Assembly (NCBI GenBank): GCA_004431415.1
Contig: QPMI01000401.1
Coordinates: 186,001-250,000 of the forward strand
Direction of reading: 5' to 3'
Length of the DNA stretch: 64,000 nt
From: Cyanophora paradoxa CCMP329
Taxonomy: Eukaryota > Plantae > Glaucophyta
The notes under the pieces were generated by a model. That model was not told the DNA's origin. It did no database searches and saw nothing but the letters and a program-made list of their open reading frames with translations. Both the position numbers and the translations under genes were made by a program. Position 1 is the first letter of the stretch; each line of letters starts with the position of its first letter. This document shows, piece after piece, positions 1 to 11,400 of the stretch.

Positions 1-666
1 TACTGCGCGGGGCCGCCGGCGTCACGGCCCGCGGCGCGGCGGGCGGCCGGGTGGGCGGGCGGGCGGCGAGCGCGGCGAGCCTGCTCGGCGAGGTGCTCGG
101 GGATGTATCCGGCGGCGATCTGCTCGACTGACACCTCCTTGAGGCCGAGCCCCGCCTTGATCTTGGGCTGCGGCGCGCGTGAGGCCGACGCGGCGGCGGC
201 GGCGCGCCGGGCGGCTGCGGCGCACGTTCTCCTCTAGGAACTGGTCCATCTTCGCGCGCGCCTCCAGCCAGAGCGGCCACTGCTCCATGTTGGGCGTGAC
301 TGCCGAGCGCGACATGAGCGCGGCGAGGCGTCGTCGGGTCGCGAGGGCCGAGAAGCGCAACGCACTGCGGACGTAGGGGTGCTCCAACGACGCCCGGTAC
401 TTCTTCTTGCCCGGAGGGTGCGGGCGGATCAAGGCGGGCGGAGGCGGGCCGAGGATCTGGCGCCGCAGCTCAGGATCGGCCCATCGCCGCTCGAACGACT
501 TGTTATCATCCGAAGCGTCATCCAAGGAGTCCGCGGGGGCCGACGGCGGCGTTGCCAGACCGCGGATCGCTAGCGCCAACGCCGGGACCGCCGATCGCAC
601 AGGTGCGAGTCGAGATGGCCCTGCGACAGCGCCCCGTGCTAGGGCCGTCGCCCGCCGTACAAGCAT
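1..666 (-). CDS. Unknown protein with mitochondrial-type presequence, copy 1 (5' part; continues beyond window start)
   Basis: ATG at 666; Arg/Ala-rich, acid-free N-terminus MLVRRATALARGAVAGPSRLAPVRS...IRGLAT; spliced exons HPYVR|ITPNMEQWPLWLEARAKMDQFLEEN|PKIKAGLGLKEVSVEQIAAGYIPEHLAEQ; near-identical to 7751-8415. Confidence 0.65.
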
Positions 667-733
667 TTTTGTTTGTCGTACCCCCGATCAATCGCTGGGC
701 AGACGCTGGCTGGCTGTTCCGTGCAGCGCCAGA

Positions 734-3683
734 ATGGAGCAGAAGGGCTCCGGCGGTGCGCAAAATGAGCGGACGCCGCTGCTGGCAACAGGGCAGCAGG
801 GTAGCAGGCCCAGCTCGCGCGGAGCTCCGGCTGAGAAGCCCAGCAAGCTGCGCGCCTGCTGCGCGAGGGTTTTCAGCAAGAAGGCCGCGATGCTGATCGG
901 CTTCCTGCTCGTTCTCATCGTGCGCGCCCCAGCCGAGCCGATCTGTTCGAGCGCTAGAGCAGACCAGCTAGCGGCGCTGATCGCGTAGCCCCGCGCGGGT
1001 TCTATCAATCGTCGATCCCGGATGCGCTTACTCGCAACGCGCACCGCAGGTGGTGGCCACCAGCAACCGTATTCTCTACAAGATGATGCTGAACCGCTAC
1101 GCGTTCGAGGGGCACAGCTACGCGTACTTCCTTAACCAGTGGACCGTCGTGCTGTACTGCGCGCTCGCTTGGATCATCGTCCTTTACCGGGTTCGTGGTC
1201 ACCAGCCGAGACGCCCTTTCGGGTGGAGGCCGGCCGCGATCAGCCAGGGCGCGAGCGCTCATCGTTTTCGGCGCAGATGTACTCCTCTGGCGATATCACA
1301 CCGGAAATGCGCAAGTACCCGATGCAGCGCTTCGCCGGCATGGGCCTGTTCGACGCCCTGTCGTCGTTCCTCGGCGTCATTGGCGGCGGTGCGCGCAGTG
1401 CGGCCAGATCGCGGTTATCCTGACGCGCGCGTGCTTGGCGCTCGCAGTGTACACCGCCGGTCAGCTGCAGACGCTCCTGGACCAGGTGACTGGCTGTTTC
1501 TTCCCCGTCTCGTTTCCTTTTCGCTGCTTTTGCCGAGACCCTCCCGCACGCAGGGCGTGATCCCTTGGACGATGATCGCATCGCTCGTCTTCTTGTCTGC
1601 CCGGTACAACCGCCTGCAGGTCCGCGGCCCGTCCGCCCCCACCCGCGACGGCCGCTGGGGACCGATGCGCCCCGCTCAGTTTATGGGCGCGTTCCTTATC
1701 TGCTGCGGCGTGGGCTTGGCCACCGTTCCCGCGTTCAAGGTCCGCTTCGCGCGCCCCTCTCGCCGCGCCCGCGCGCGCCGTAACTAGAGCCTGGCAGGGG
1801 GGGCACTTGGGCGCGAACAACCGGGTCTCCTCCATCATCGTGTACGCGACGAGCAGGTACCCCCCCTTCCCTCCGTCCCCTTACGCTAGCCCTGCTGGTG
1901 CTGTTCCCCCCTGAAGCGGCTCCCGCGCAGCGTCCCCAACGCGCTCAGCAACGTGTACAAGGAGTTTGCGTTCAAGGACCAGGTACCGCCGTACCCCCCG
2001 CCTGATCGCGTACCCCCGGAGCGAGCGCGTACCCCAGAACATGGACATCTACTACCTCACCTTCTGGGTGTCCACCTGGCAGTTCTTCCTCGGCTTCCTC
2101 TTCGCCCCCCTCCAGTCCTCCCCCTGTGCGCTCCTCTCTGGTTTGGGCAGCGTACCCCCTGCGCGATTTGATCTGTTCCGTTACCCCCAGACCTGATGGG
2201 CCAGGACGCGATGCCGATGTCGGAAATCGCGACGAACCTCCAGGTCCGCGGGCGAGATCTCGGGCCCGGCCGGCCCCCGGCCCAGCTCAGCCCGCCCCGC
2301 GCGCAGGAGGGATTTCTCTGCTTCCTGGGGCAGGCCAGCCACCAGGGCGACGACTGCTCGGTGCGGCCCCTCCCCCCCCCCGCTCCGCTCCGACCCCCCC
2401 CTCCCCCCGCCTCACCCCCTGGGCAGGGCCGGGCGTCGATCGTGCTGGCGTTCCTCGTCGTCAACTTCGCGTACAACGCGCTCCTCCTCGTCGTCACCAA
2501 GTACGGCTCCGCCGTCCTCCTCGTCCGCCCGCCCCTCCCGCCCCGCCCCGCCCCGCCCCCCAGGCCCTCTCTGAGGGCGGCAGGTGATGACGGGCGCGCT
2601 GGTGATCCCCGTCACGAACGTCGTCTTCACCGTCAAAGCCGTGCGCCCCGCCCCGCCCGCCCCGCCCCGCCCCCGCCCCGCCGACGGCGCCCGGGCGACA
2701 GGTGATGGGCGCCGACGCGGAGTCCTTCTCCGAATGGGATCTGGCCGGCCTCAACGTCGTCCTCGTCGGGTCCGCCCGCTGCCCGCCCGCTGCCCGCCCG
2801 CCCGCCCCTGCCCTGCTCCACGTCCTTTCTCTTCTTCTTCTCCCCTCGCGGCTGATGTCTGCACGGCAGCTTCGTGGTGTACTCCTTCTTCGGCGACGAG
2901 GACTTCTTCGCCGGCGCCGTGCGCGTAGCCCCCGACCCCCCTCGGGGCCCCTCCCGCCCCCTCCCACCGTCGCGCAGAAGGCGGAGGGCGAGGGCGAGGG
3001 CGAGGGCGAGGAGGAGGAGGAGGGCAAGGTGGTCATGGTCCTGCCCTCCATCGGCCACCTGTGCGCGCTTCCCACCCGACCCGACCCGATCCGATCCGAT
3101 GCGAGGAGCCCGGGCTAACTGGTCGACGACCCGACGCGACGCGACGCGGGGCAGGTCGGTGGTGGACATCAACCTGCTCCCGAACCACCGGAGGCACCAC
3201 GCGCACGCACAGCAGATACGAGAGGCGCGCCCGCCCGCGCCCCCGTTCGACGCAGAGCAGCCGGCCGGCTCCCGCTGACGTGCGCGAGCGCAGAACTACA
3301 TGCGGAAGCTCGGCATCGTGGCGGCGGCCGGCGGCTCCGGCCGCTTCGCCGGCGCCGCCGGCGCCGCCGGCGGCGGCTCGGGGCGGCCCGACCCGATCAG
3401 CGTGCCCAAGGTGGTCAGCAGGGACCCCGAGGCGGGCGCCGGCGCCGGCGCCGCATCCTCCTCGTCGGTCAAGCGGGGTACGCCGCTCGCGAGCAGCATC
3501 AGCACAGGGGTCAGCCGCTGGGGCATCGGCAGCAGCGGTGGCGGCGACGGGGCGGCCACGCCGACGGGGCGACACAGCGCGACGAACGGGAGCGCGGGGG
3601 CGGGGCGGAGAGAGGCCGGCGCCGGGGCCCGCCCCCGCTCCAGGCAAGCGGGCGAACGGGACCCGGAGAACCCCCCCACATAG
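734..3683 (+). CDS. CRT-like (chloroquine-resistance-transporter-like / CLT, DMT superfamily) membrane transporter, copy 1, multi-exon
   Basis: Spliced product MEQKGSGGAQNERTPLL...VVATSNRILYKMML...YFLNQWTVVLY...FAGMGLFDALSSFLGVIGG|VYTAGQLQTLLDQ|GVIPWTMIASLVFLSARY...VPNALSNVYKEFAFK...YYLTFWVSTWQFFLGFLFAP...EGFLCFLG...DDC...FLVVNFAYNALLLVVTKYGSA; ~10 hydrophobic segments and motifs typical of CRT-like proteins; TAG at 3681-3683. Confidence 0.85.
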
Positions 3684-4074
3684 CACGCGGCCGCAGCAAA
3701 CTATCGGCAGCTGTACCCCTCTCCCTTCCCGCTGTCCCCGGGCCAGTTCCACCCTTCGAATTCTTCCCGCCGCAGGTATTGATTAGCTATTGACGTGCGC
3801 TTCCCTGAGATCGTTTCGTGAGACTGCGAGATTGCTTTGGATTTGCTCCGATTTCGATGTTCGAAAGAATGAAGTGGAGAAATATCGATACACATCGATC
3901 GGCGCTGGCCACGTGCACGGCGAGCTTGAGCTAACATAGCCTAGCTATAGGCCTATAGCTTGTAGTGAGTATCGCACGTGCACATGAATGCATTGCATTG
4001 CAATTCGTCGATCGGTGCAGGCAAGCTATAGCTAGCGCTAGCGCTATCGCACAGAAATGAAACACTGGCGACCC

Positions 4075-4970
4075 TCATTTCCTGTGCGCCTGCGCGTACG
4101 CAGCCGCGAGGGCGTCGATGCGCTCCGCCCCGTACTTCTCCCGCATCCACGCCCCGAGCCTGCGCGCGCGCGGCCCGCGGCCCAAGCCCGTGAGTCCGGC
4201 ACAGTCGTCACCCGCTCGGAGCTCGGGAGGGGCGCCGGCTGACCGGGTACAGGCCTCGTTGACCGCCTCGCTGGAGCCACAGAACGAGAAGCGGACCTGC
4301 GCCGGTTCGAGACGCGGTCGGGAAGCGTCGTCGCCGCCTCGTCGGGCCAGCGGGGCGGGGCGGGGCGGGGCCGGGCGGACGGACCGAGCGGTGGCCGCGC
4401 TGGTGGTCGAAGTCGATGCCCGGCGTGATGGCCACGCCCGTGTCCTGGCCCCCGAGCCCCCGTCAGAGATGTAGAAAGCACGGAGCTCGATCCGACGGGG
4501 CGCACGTTGAGGAGCTGCCTGCAGAAGCCCTCGCTGTCCTCCGTGAAGTCCCCCACGTCCGCGTATCTGGGGGGACGCTCAGATCAGATCAGATCAGATC
4601 CGATTCGATCTGATCTGATCGGGGGGGGGGGGGGGTGCGGACATGTAGAAGGCGCCCTGGGAGTCGGAGTGCTTGACGAGGCCGGCGGCGGGGAGCCCCC
4701 GCAGCAGCGCCGCCCGGTTCGCCTCGTACCTTGAGCAGAGGTTATGATGAGCTCGGGGCGTCCGCGCATATCTATCCGGCCGCGCGCGCGGCACCGGCGG
4801 ACGTGGCCCATCAGCTCGTCTGCGGCGGGCGCAGCTCAGGCGGTGTGCGTGGAGGGCGGGGCGGGGCCGGGGCCGGGGCGGGCCTTTGGAGCCGAAGGCC
4901 TCGAGGGCGGCGAGCTGCGAGTGCGTCGGGGCGTTGATGAACAGGTTCTGCTGCAGGCACTCCACGCTCC
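4075..4970 (-). pseudogene. Class I/II PLP aminotransferase, 3' fragment only (5'-truncated copy)
   Basis: Exons SVECLQQNLFINAPTHSQLAALEAF...GAFY|YADVGDFTEDSEGFCRQLL|DTGVAITPGIDFDHQRG|VRFSFC; upstream exons, including the catalytic-Lys exon, are replaced by unrelated sequence after 4990. Confidence 0.8.
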
Positions 4971-5790
4971 TGCGGGGGGGAAAGGGGGGTATCGAGTTAG
5001 ACCTCCGACCTGCTAGTCCGAAATCAAAGCGTGCCTACAGCTACTTGCAATTGACGATTTCTGTAAAGAGCTTCGAACAAATTCTTGCTGTAAAGTATAG
5101 AAAATACGTGTGAAGACTGACAGAAACGCCTACGGCCGTGGGGGGTGACGGGGCAGGTGCCAGTGCCACGCACACGGCCCGAGGCCGCCGGGCCGCGCTG
5201 GGCGGGGGCGAGGGCGCGCGGGGACGCATGCGCAGCCACCTCGGCAGAGCCGGCCGCGAGCTTCTCGCGCCGCCGCCGCTTCTGCTTCCGCGCCGCATAG
5301 CCGGCCGAGATCCCCGTCGCGATCTGCTGGCCGGGCCGGTCAGATAAAGCTGCGGCTACTAGGCTAGCGCTGGAGGTACCGGTCGGACCGCGGAGGTCGA
5401 CGTCGGACCGCGACGCCGGGAGCACCGCGAACCACAACAGCACCATGAGGCTCGTCCAGTACTGTAGTATACAACAAAGAAGCCTGCGCCCCGGTTTCAG
5501 CCACGCACGCGCAGCGCTCTTCCGCGAGCTGAACAACGCGAAGGGCGCGCCGTCCTCCCACCGGATGACGCCCCGCGCAATGAATCCAACCCCTGCGAGC
5601 CCGAGCGCAACAGCGCTGCGAGGCGATCAGACGCGCCGCTCGGGGCGCGGCTGAGCAATGCGCTGCACGGACCGAAAGAGAAGGAGCGCCTCTGCAGCGA
5701 CGAAATGGGAGCGGGAGAACACGCCCGACGGGTCCACGCGCTCCCAACCGAGCGAGGGCCTGCGGAGCCCGCGCTGCCGCTGCGGCTCGG

Positions 5791-7053
5791 CGTTCATGGC
5801 CGCCGGCGGTGATGACTGGGGCGGTGCGAGCAGCGCGTGCGGTGGCCGAGAAAAGCGTGCACTGCGGCAACTGCACACGGAGTTAACGATTGAAGCTGTC
5901 CGAGCGCCGCAAGCGAAGCGCGAATTCGAAGGCGGCCGAACAAGGCCGACTCCTTCCCCTCGACTCCTTCCCCCCGACTCCTCCCCCCCCCCCCCAAGAC
6001 CGCCACGCGCCTGCGCGAGGCCGGCTGATCTTGGCGCGTGGAGCGCGTGGAGCGTGTGGCGTCCATGCGTCCGCCGGGCGACAAAACCCGGCGCTGCGGC
6101 CGCTCGCAGCACATTCCGCAGCAGCGCAAAGCACTCTCTCGCTCCAGCTTCAAGACACGACCGCGCTGATGGAGGCCTCGTTCTGCGCTCCCGTCGCCAG
6201 CACCTCTCAGGCCTGCCGATCTGGCCTCGCGCCATCCATCGCCTTCGAGGTGAGCGCGGCCGCTCGCTCGCGCTCGGGCCCCGCTCGCTGTGCGCACGAT
6301 CGGCGGCTGACGTGTTGCGCGCAGGCGTCTCGTCGGTCATCTCGCGCCCTCCCGCTCCCCGCGGCGGCCGTGCCGTCCTCGCCAAGCTCCCGCTTCCTCG
6401 GCTCCCGCCAGCAGCTCCGGGCCGCCCCTGCACGGACCTTCGTCCCGAGCGGCGGGCTCGTTGTGCGGGCGTGCGGCGGGGCGTGCAGCGGCGGCTGCGG
6501 GTGCGGCGGGGCGGACGCGAGCCGCGTGGTGACGTTCGACGGGGAGCGGCTGTCGCCGCCGCCATCGCCGGCCGCGGCGGCGCGGCGCGGCTGCGGCGGC
6601 AGCGGCGGGTGCGCTGCGGCGCGGGCGTGCGGCGGTTGCGCGGCGGCGCGGGCGGCGGGCGCGTGCAGCGGCAGCGGCAGCGGCAGCGGGAGCGGGGCGG
6701 GGAGCGTGTTGCCGGGCCCGCGGCCGGTGGCGAGCGCGGAGCCGCACCCGGAGCTGGGGGCGGCGTCGGGCGCCGACGACTTCTGGGCCCTCGTCTGCGG
6801 GCCGTCGCCTCGCCCTTCGGCGCCCTCTTCTGAGCCGCGGCGCCTGTACCTGTACAACCTTTCCACTTTCCATGCAGCCCTCTGTAGTAGAGACCGGGTG
6901 TAGCGTAGGCGTAGGTAGGACTAGCCATTGACCTCACGACCTCGGGACCTTATTGAATGCGTGTCACAGTGTTATAATTATCGAAATACACTTAACTTAT
7001 AATTATAATTATTCCATCACACATCACGCCCACGACCCGCTCCCGGCCCGGCG
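5791..7053 (+). repeat. ~1.26 kb repeat, left arm of an inverted pair with 19816-21138
   Basis: Reverse complement aligns with 19816-21138 (e.g. ctgtacctgtacaacctttccactttccatgcagcc; AT-rich ttataattataattattccatcacacatcacgcc); scattered substitutions and indels; contains a coding-like low-complexity ORF. Confidence 0.9.
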
Positions 7054-7289
7054 GAGCCTCGGAGCTCCGAGTCTCGCCGCGCGCAAGGGGCTTTGCGGGC
7101 CCCAGCACCGGGCCAGCAAAGCATCTAGAACTGCTCGCGATCGCCGGGCAGTGAGTTCCCCAGTCCAACGCTCGCTGCGGCCTGCAGGCCTCCCCGGCGG
7201 CGTCGCTGCACCCAAGACGCGCTCTCCTGATAAGAATCGAGAGTTCCTTCGAAGACCGACTAGCAGCTGCGGGGTACTATAGCTACGCG

Positions 7290-8415
7290 CTACGCGGCCT
7301 CCTGGCTGGCGGCGGCGGCGCGGCCCTCGCGCACCGCCAGCGCCCGCCGCTCCTCCGCCTTCTGCTCCTTCTTCAGCTTGTTGTACCTGCCCGGGGCGTC
7401 TTGGCGGGGAGGGAGGGGGCGAGGGGGGTACCGGGGCCCACCTGGACCACGTCCACGGCTCCTTGCCGTCCTTGCCGGGCCGCACCTTCTTCTCGCCCTT
7501 CGGCGGCGGCATGCCCCGCTTCCTCCCCGCCCACTCCGCTCTGGCCTTCTCCGCCGCCCTGCGCGCTCGGGCTCAGCTCGGCGGCGCCGCGCCGCTCAGG
7601 CCGGAGGTGGGCGGCGGGGCGGGGCGGGCGGGGCGGGCGCACTCGGCGGGCGAGACCTTGGGCTTGTCCTTGTTCTCCTCGATGAACTTCTGGACCTTCT
7701 CCGAGCGCTCCACGAGCCACTTGGGCTTCGCGCGGCCGATGTCCTCGTAGTACTGCGCGGGGCCGCCGGCGTCACGGCCCGCGGCGCGGCGGGCGGCCGG
7801 GTGGGCGGGCGGGCGGCGAGCGCGGCGAGCCTGCTCGGCGAGGTGCTCGGGGATGTATCCGGCGGCGATCTGCTCGACTGACACCTCCTTGAGGCCGAGC
7901 CCCGCCTTGATCTTGGGCTGCGGCGCGCGTGAGGCCGACGCGGCGGCGGCGGCGCGCCGGGCGGCTGCGGCGCACGTTCTCCTCTAGGAACTGGTCCATC
8001 TTCGCGCGCGCCTCCAGCCAGAGCGGCCACTGCTCCATGTTGGGCGTGACTGCCGAGCGCGACATGAGCGCGGCGAGGCGTCGTCGGGTCGCGAGGGCCG
8101 AGAAGCGCAACGCACTGCGGACGTAGGGTGCTCCAACGACGCCCGGTACTTCTTCTTGCCCGGAGGGTGCGGGCGGATCAAGGCGGGCGGAGGCGGGCCG
8201 AGGATCTGGCGCCGCAGCTCAGGATCGGCCCATCGCCGCTCGAACGACTTGTTATCATCCGAAGCGTCATCCAAGGAGTCCGCGGGGGCCGACGGCGGCG
8301 TTGCCAGACCGCGGATCGCTAGCGCCAACGCCGGGACCGCCGATCGCACAGGTGCGAGTCGAGATGGCCCTGCGACAGCGCCCCGTGCTAGGGCCGTCGC
8401 CCGCCGTACAAGCAT
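7290..8415 (-). CDS. Unknown protein with mitochondrial-type presequence, copy 2 (complete; 1-bp apparent frameshift near 8127)
   Basis: Exons continue YYEDIGRAKPKWLVERSEKVQKFIEENKDKPKVSPAE|...ERKAAEKARAEWAGRKRGMPPPKGEKKVRPGKDGKEPWTWSR|YNKLKKEQKAEERRALAVREGRAAAASQEAA*; basic C-terminus; no family recognised. Confidence 0.65.
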
Positions 8416-11400
8416 TTTTGTTTGTCGTACCCCCGATCAATCGCTGGGCAGACGCTGGCTGGCTGTTCCGTGCAGCGCCAGAATGGAGCAGAAGGGCTCC
8501 GGCGGTGCGCAAAATGAGCGGACGCCGCTGCTGGCAACAGGGCAGCAGGGTAGCAGGCCCAGCTCGCGCGGAGCTCCGGCTGAGAAGCCCAGCAAGCTGC
8601 GCGCCTGCTGCGCGAGGGTTTTCAGCAAGAAGGCCGCGATGCTGATCGGCTTCCTGCTCGTTCTCATCGTGCGCGCCCCAGCCGAGCCGATCTGTTCGAG
8701 CGCTAGAGCAGACCAGCTAGCGGCGCTGATCGCGTAGCCCGCGCGGGTTCTATCAATCGTCGATCCCGGATGCGCTTACTCGCAACGCGCACCGCAGGTG
8801 GTGGCCACCAGCAACCGTATTCTCTACAAGATGATGCTGAACCGCTACGCGTTCGAGGGGCACAGCTACGCGTACTTCCTTAACCAGTGGACCGTCGTGC
8901 TGTACTGCGCGCTCGCTTGGATCATCGTCCTTTACCGGTTCGTGGTCACCAGCCGAGACGCCCTTTCGGTGGAGGCCGGCCGCGATCAGCCAGGGCGCGA
9001 GCGCTCATCGTTTTCGGCGCAGATGTACTCCTCTGGCGATATCACACCGGAAATGCGCAAGTACCCGATGCAGCGCTTCGCCGGCATGGGCCTGTTCGAC
9101 GCCCTGTCGTCGTTCCTCGGCGTCATTGGCGGCGGTGCGCGCAGTGCGGCCAGATCGCGGTTATCCTGACGCGCGCGTGCTTGGCGCTCGCAGTGTACAC
9201 CGCCGGTCAGCTGCAGACGCTCCTGGACCAGGTGACTGGCTGTTTCTTCCCCGTCTCGTTTCCTTTTCGCTGCTTTTGCCGAGACCCTCCCGCACGCAGG
9301 GCGTGATCCCTTGGACGATGATCGCATCGCTCGTCTTCTTGTCTGCCCGGTACAACCGCCTGCAGGTCCGCGGCCCGTCCGCCCCACCCGCGACGGCCGC
9401 TGGGGACCGATGCGCCCCGCTCAGTTTATGGGCGCGTTCCTTATCTGCTGCGGCGTGGGCTTGGCCACCGTTCCCGCGTTCAAGGTCCGCTTCGCGCGCC
9501 CCTCTCGCCGCGCCCGCGCGCGCCGTAACTAGAGCCTGGCAGGGGGGGCACTTGGGCGCGAACAACCGGGTCTCCTCCATCATCGTGTACGCGACGAGCA
9601 GGTACCCCCCCTTCCCTCCGTCCCCTTACGCTAGCCCTGCTGGTGCTGTTCCCCCCTGAAGCGGCTCCCGCGCAGCGTCCCCAACGCGCTCAGCAACGTG
9701 TACAAGGAGTTTGCGTTCAAGGACCAGGTACCGCCGTACCCCCCGCCTGATCGCGTACCCCCGGAGCGAGCGCGTACCCCAGAACATGGACATCTACTAC
9801 CTCACCTTCTGGGTGTCCACCTGGCAGTTCTTCCTCGGCTTCCTCTTCGCCCCCCTCCAGTCCTCCCCCTGTGCGCTCCTCTCTGGTTTGGGCAGCGTAC
9901 CCCCTGCGCGATTTGATCTGTTCCGTTACCCCCAGACCTGATGGGCCAGGACGCGATGCCGATGTCGGAAATCGCGACGAACCTCCAGGTCCGCGGGCGA
10001 GATCTCGGGCCCGGCCGGCCCCCGCCCAGCTCAGCCCGCCCCGCGCGCAGGAGGGATTTCTCTGCTTCCTGGGGCAGGCCAGCCACCAGGGCGACGACTG
10101 CTCGGTGCGGCCCCTCCCCCCCCCGCTCCGCTCCGACCCCCCCTCCCCCGCCTCACCCCCTGGGCAGGGCCGGGCGTCGATCGTGCTGGCGTTCCTCGTC
10201 GTCAACTTCGCGTACAACGCGCTCCTCCTCGTCGTCACCAAGTACGGCTCCGCCGTCCTCCTCGTCCGCCCGCCCCTCCCGCCCCGCCCCGCCCCGCCCC
10301 CCAGGCCCTCTCTGAGGGCGGCAGGTGATGACGGGCGCGCTGGTGATCCCCGTCACGAACGTCGTCTTCACCGTCAAAGCCGTGCGCCCCGCCCCGCCCG
10401 CCCGCCCCGCCCCCGCCCCGCCGACGGCGCCCGGGCGACAGGTGATGGGCGCCGACGCGGAGTCCTTCTCCGAATGGGATCTGGCCGGCCTCAACGTCGT
10501 CCTCGTCGGGTCCGCCCGCTGCCCGCCCGCTGCCCCCCCGCCCGCCCCTGCCCTGCTCCACGTCCTTTCTCTTCTTCTTCTCCCCTCGCGGCTGATGTCT
10601 GCACGGCAGCTTCGTGGTGTACTCCTTCTTCGGCGACGAGGACTTCTTCGCCGGCGCCGTGCGCGTAGCCCCCGACCCCCTCGGGGCCCTCCGCCCCTCC
10701 CACCGTCGCGCAGAAGGCGGAGGGCGAGGGCGAGGGCGAGGGCGAGGAGGAGGAGGAGGGCAAGGTGGTCATGGTCCTGCCCTCCATCGGCCACCTGTGC
10801 GCGCTTCCACCCGACCCGACCGATCCGATCCGATGCGAGGAGCCCGGGCTAACTGGTCGACGACCCGACGCGACGCGACGCGGGGCAGGTCGGTGGTGGA
10901 CATCAACCTGCTCCCGAACCACCGGAGGCACCACGCGCACGCACAGCAGATACGAGAGGCGCGCCCGCCCGCGCCCCGTTCGACGCAGAGCAGCCGGCCG
11001 GCTCCCGCTGACGTGCGCGAGCGCAGAACTACATGCGGAAGCTCGGCATCGTGGCGGCGGCCGGCGGCTCCGGCCGCTTCGCCGGCGCCGCCGGCGCCGC
11101 CGGCGGCGGCTCGGGGCGGCCCGACCCGATCAGCGTGCCCAAGGTGGTCAGCAGGGACCCCGAGGCGGGCGCCGGCGCCGGCGCCGCATCCTCCTCGTCG
11201 GTCAAGCGGGGTACGCCGCTCGCGAGCAGCATCAGCACAGGGGTCAGCCGCTGGGGCATCGGCAGCAGCGGTGGCGGCGACGGGGCGGCCACGCCGACGG
11301 GGCGACACAGCGCGACGAACGGGAGCGCGGGGGCGGGGCGGAGAGAGGCCGGCGCCGGGGCCCGCCCCCGCTCCAGGCAAGCGGGCGAACGGGACCCGGA

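Larger units (their letters stand above)
1..4990 (+). repeat. Segmental duplication unit 1, near-identical to 7751-12718
   Basis: Direct comparison at offset ~7750; differences seen are almost all 1-bp indels in G/C runs; similarity ends after aaaggggggt (4990 / 12718). Confidence 0.95.
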
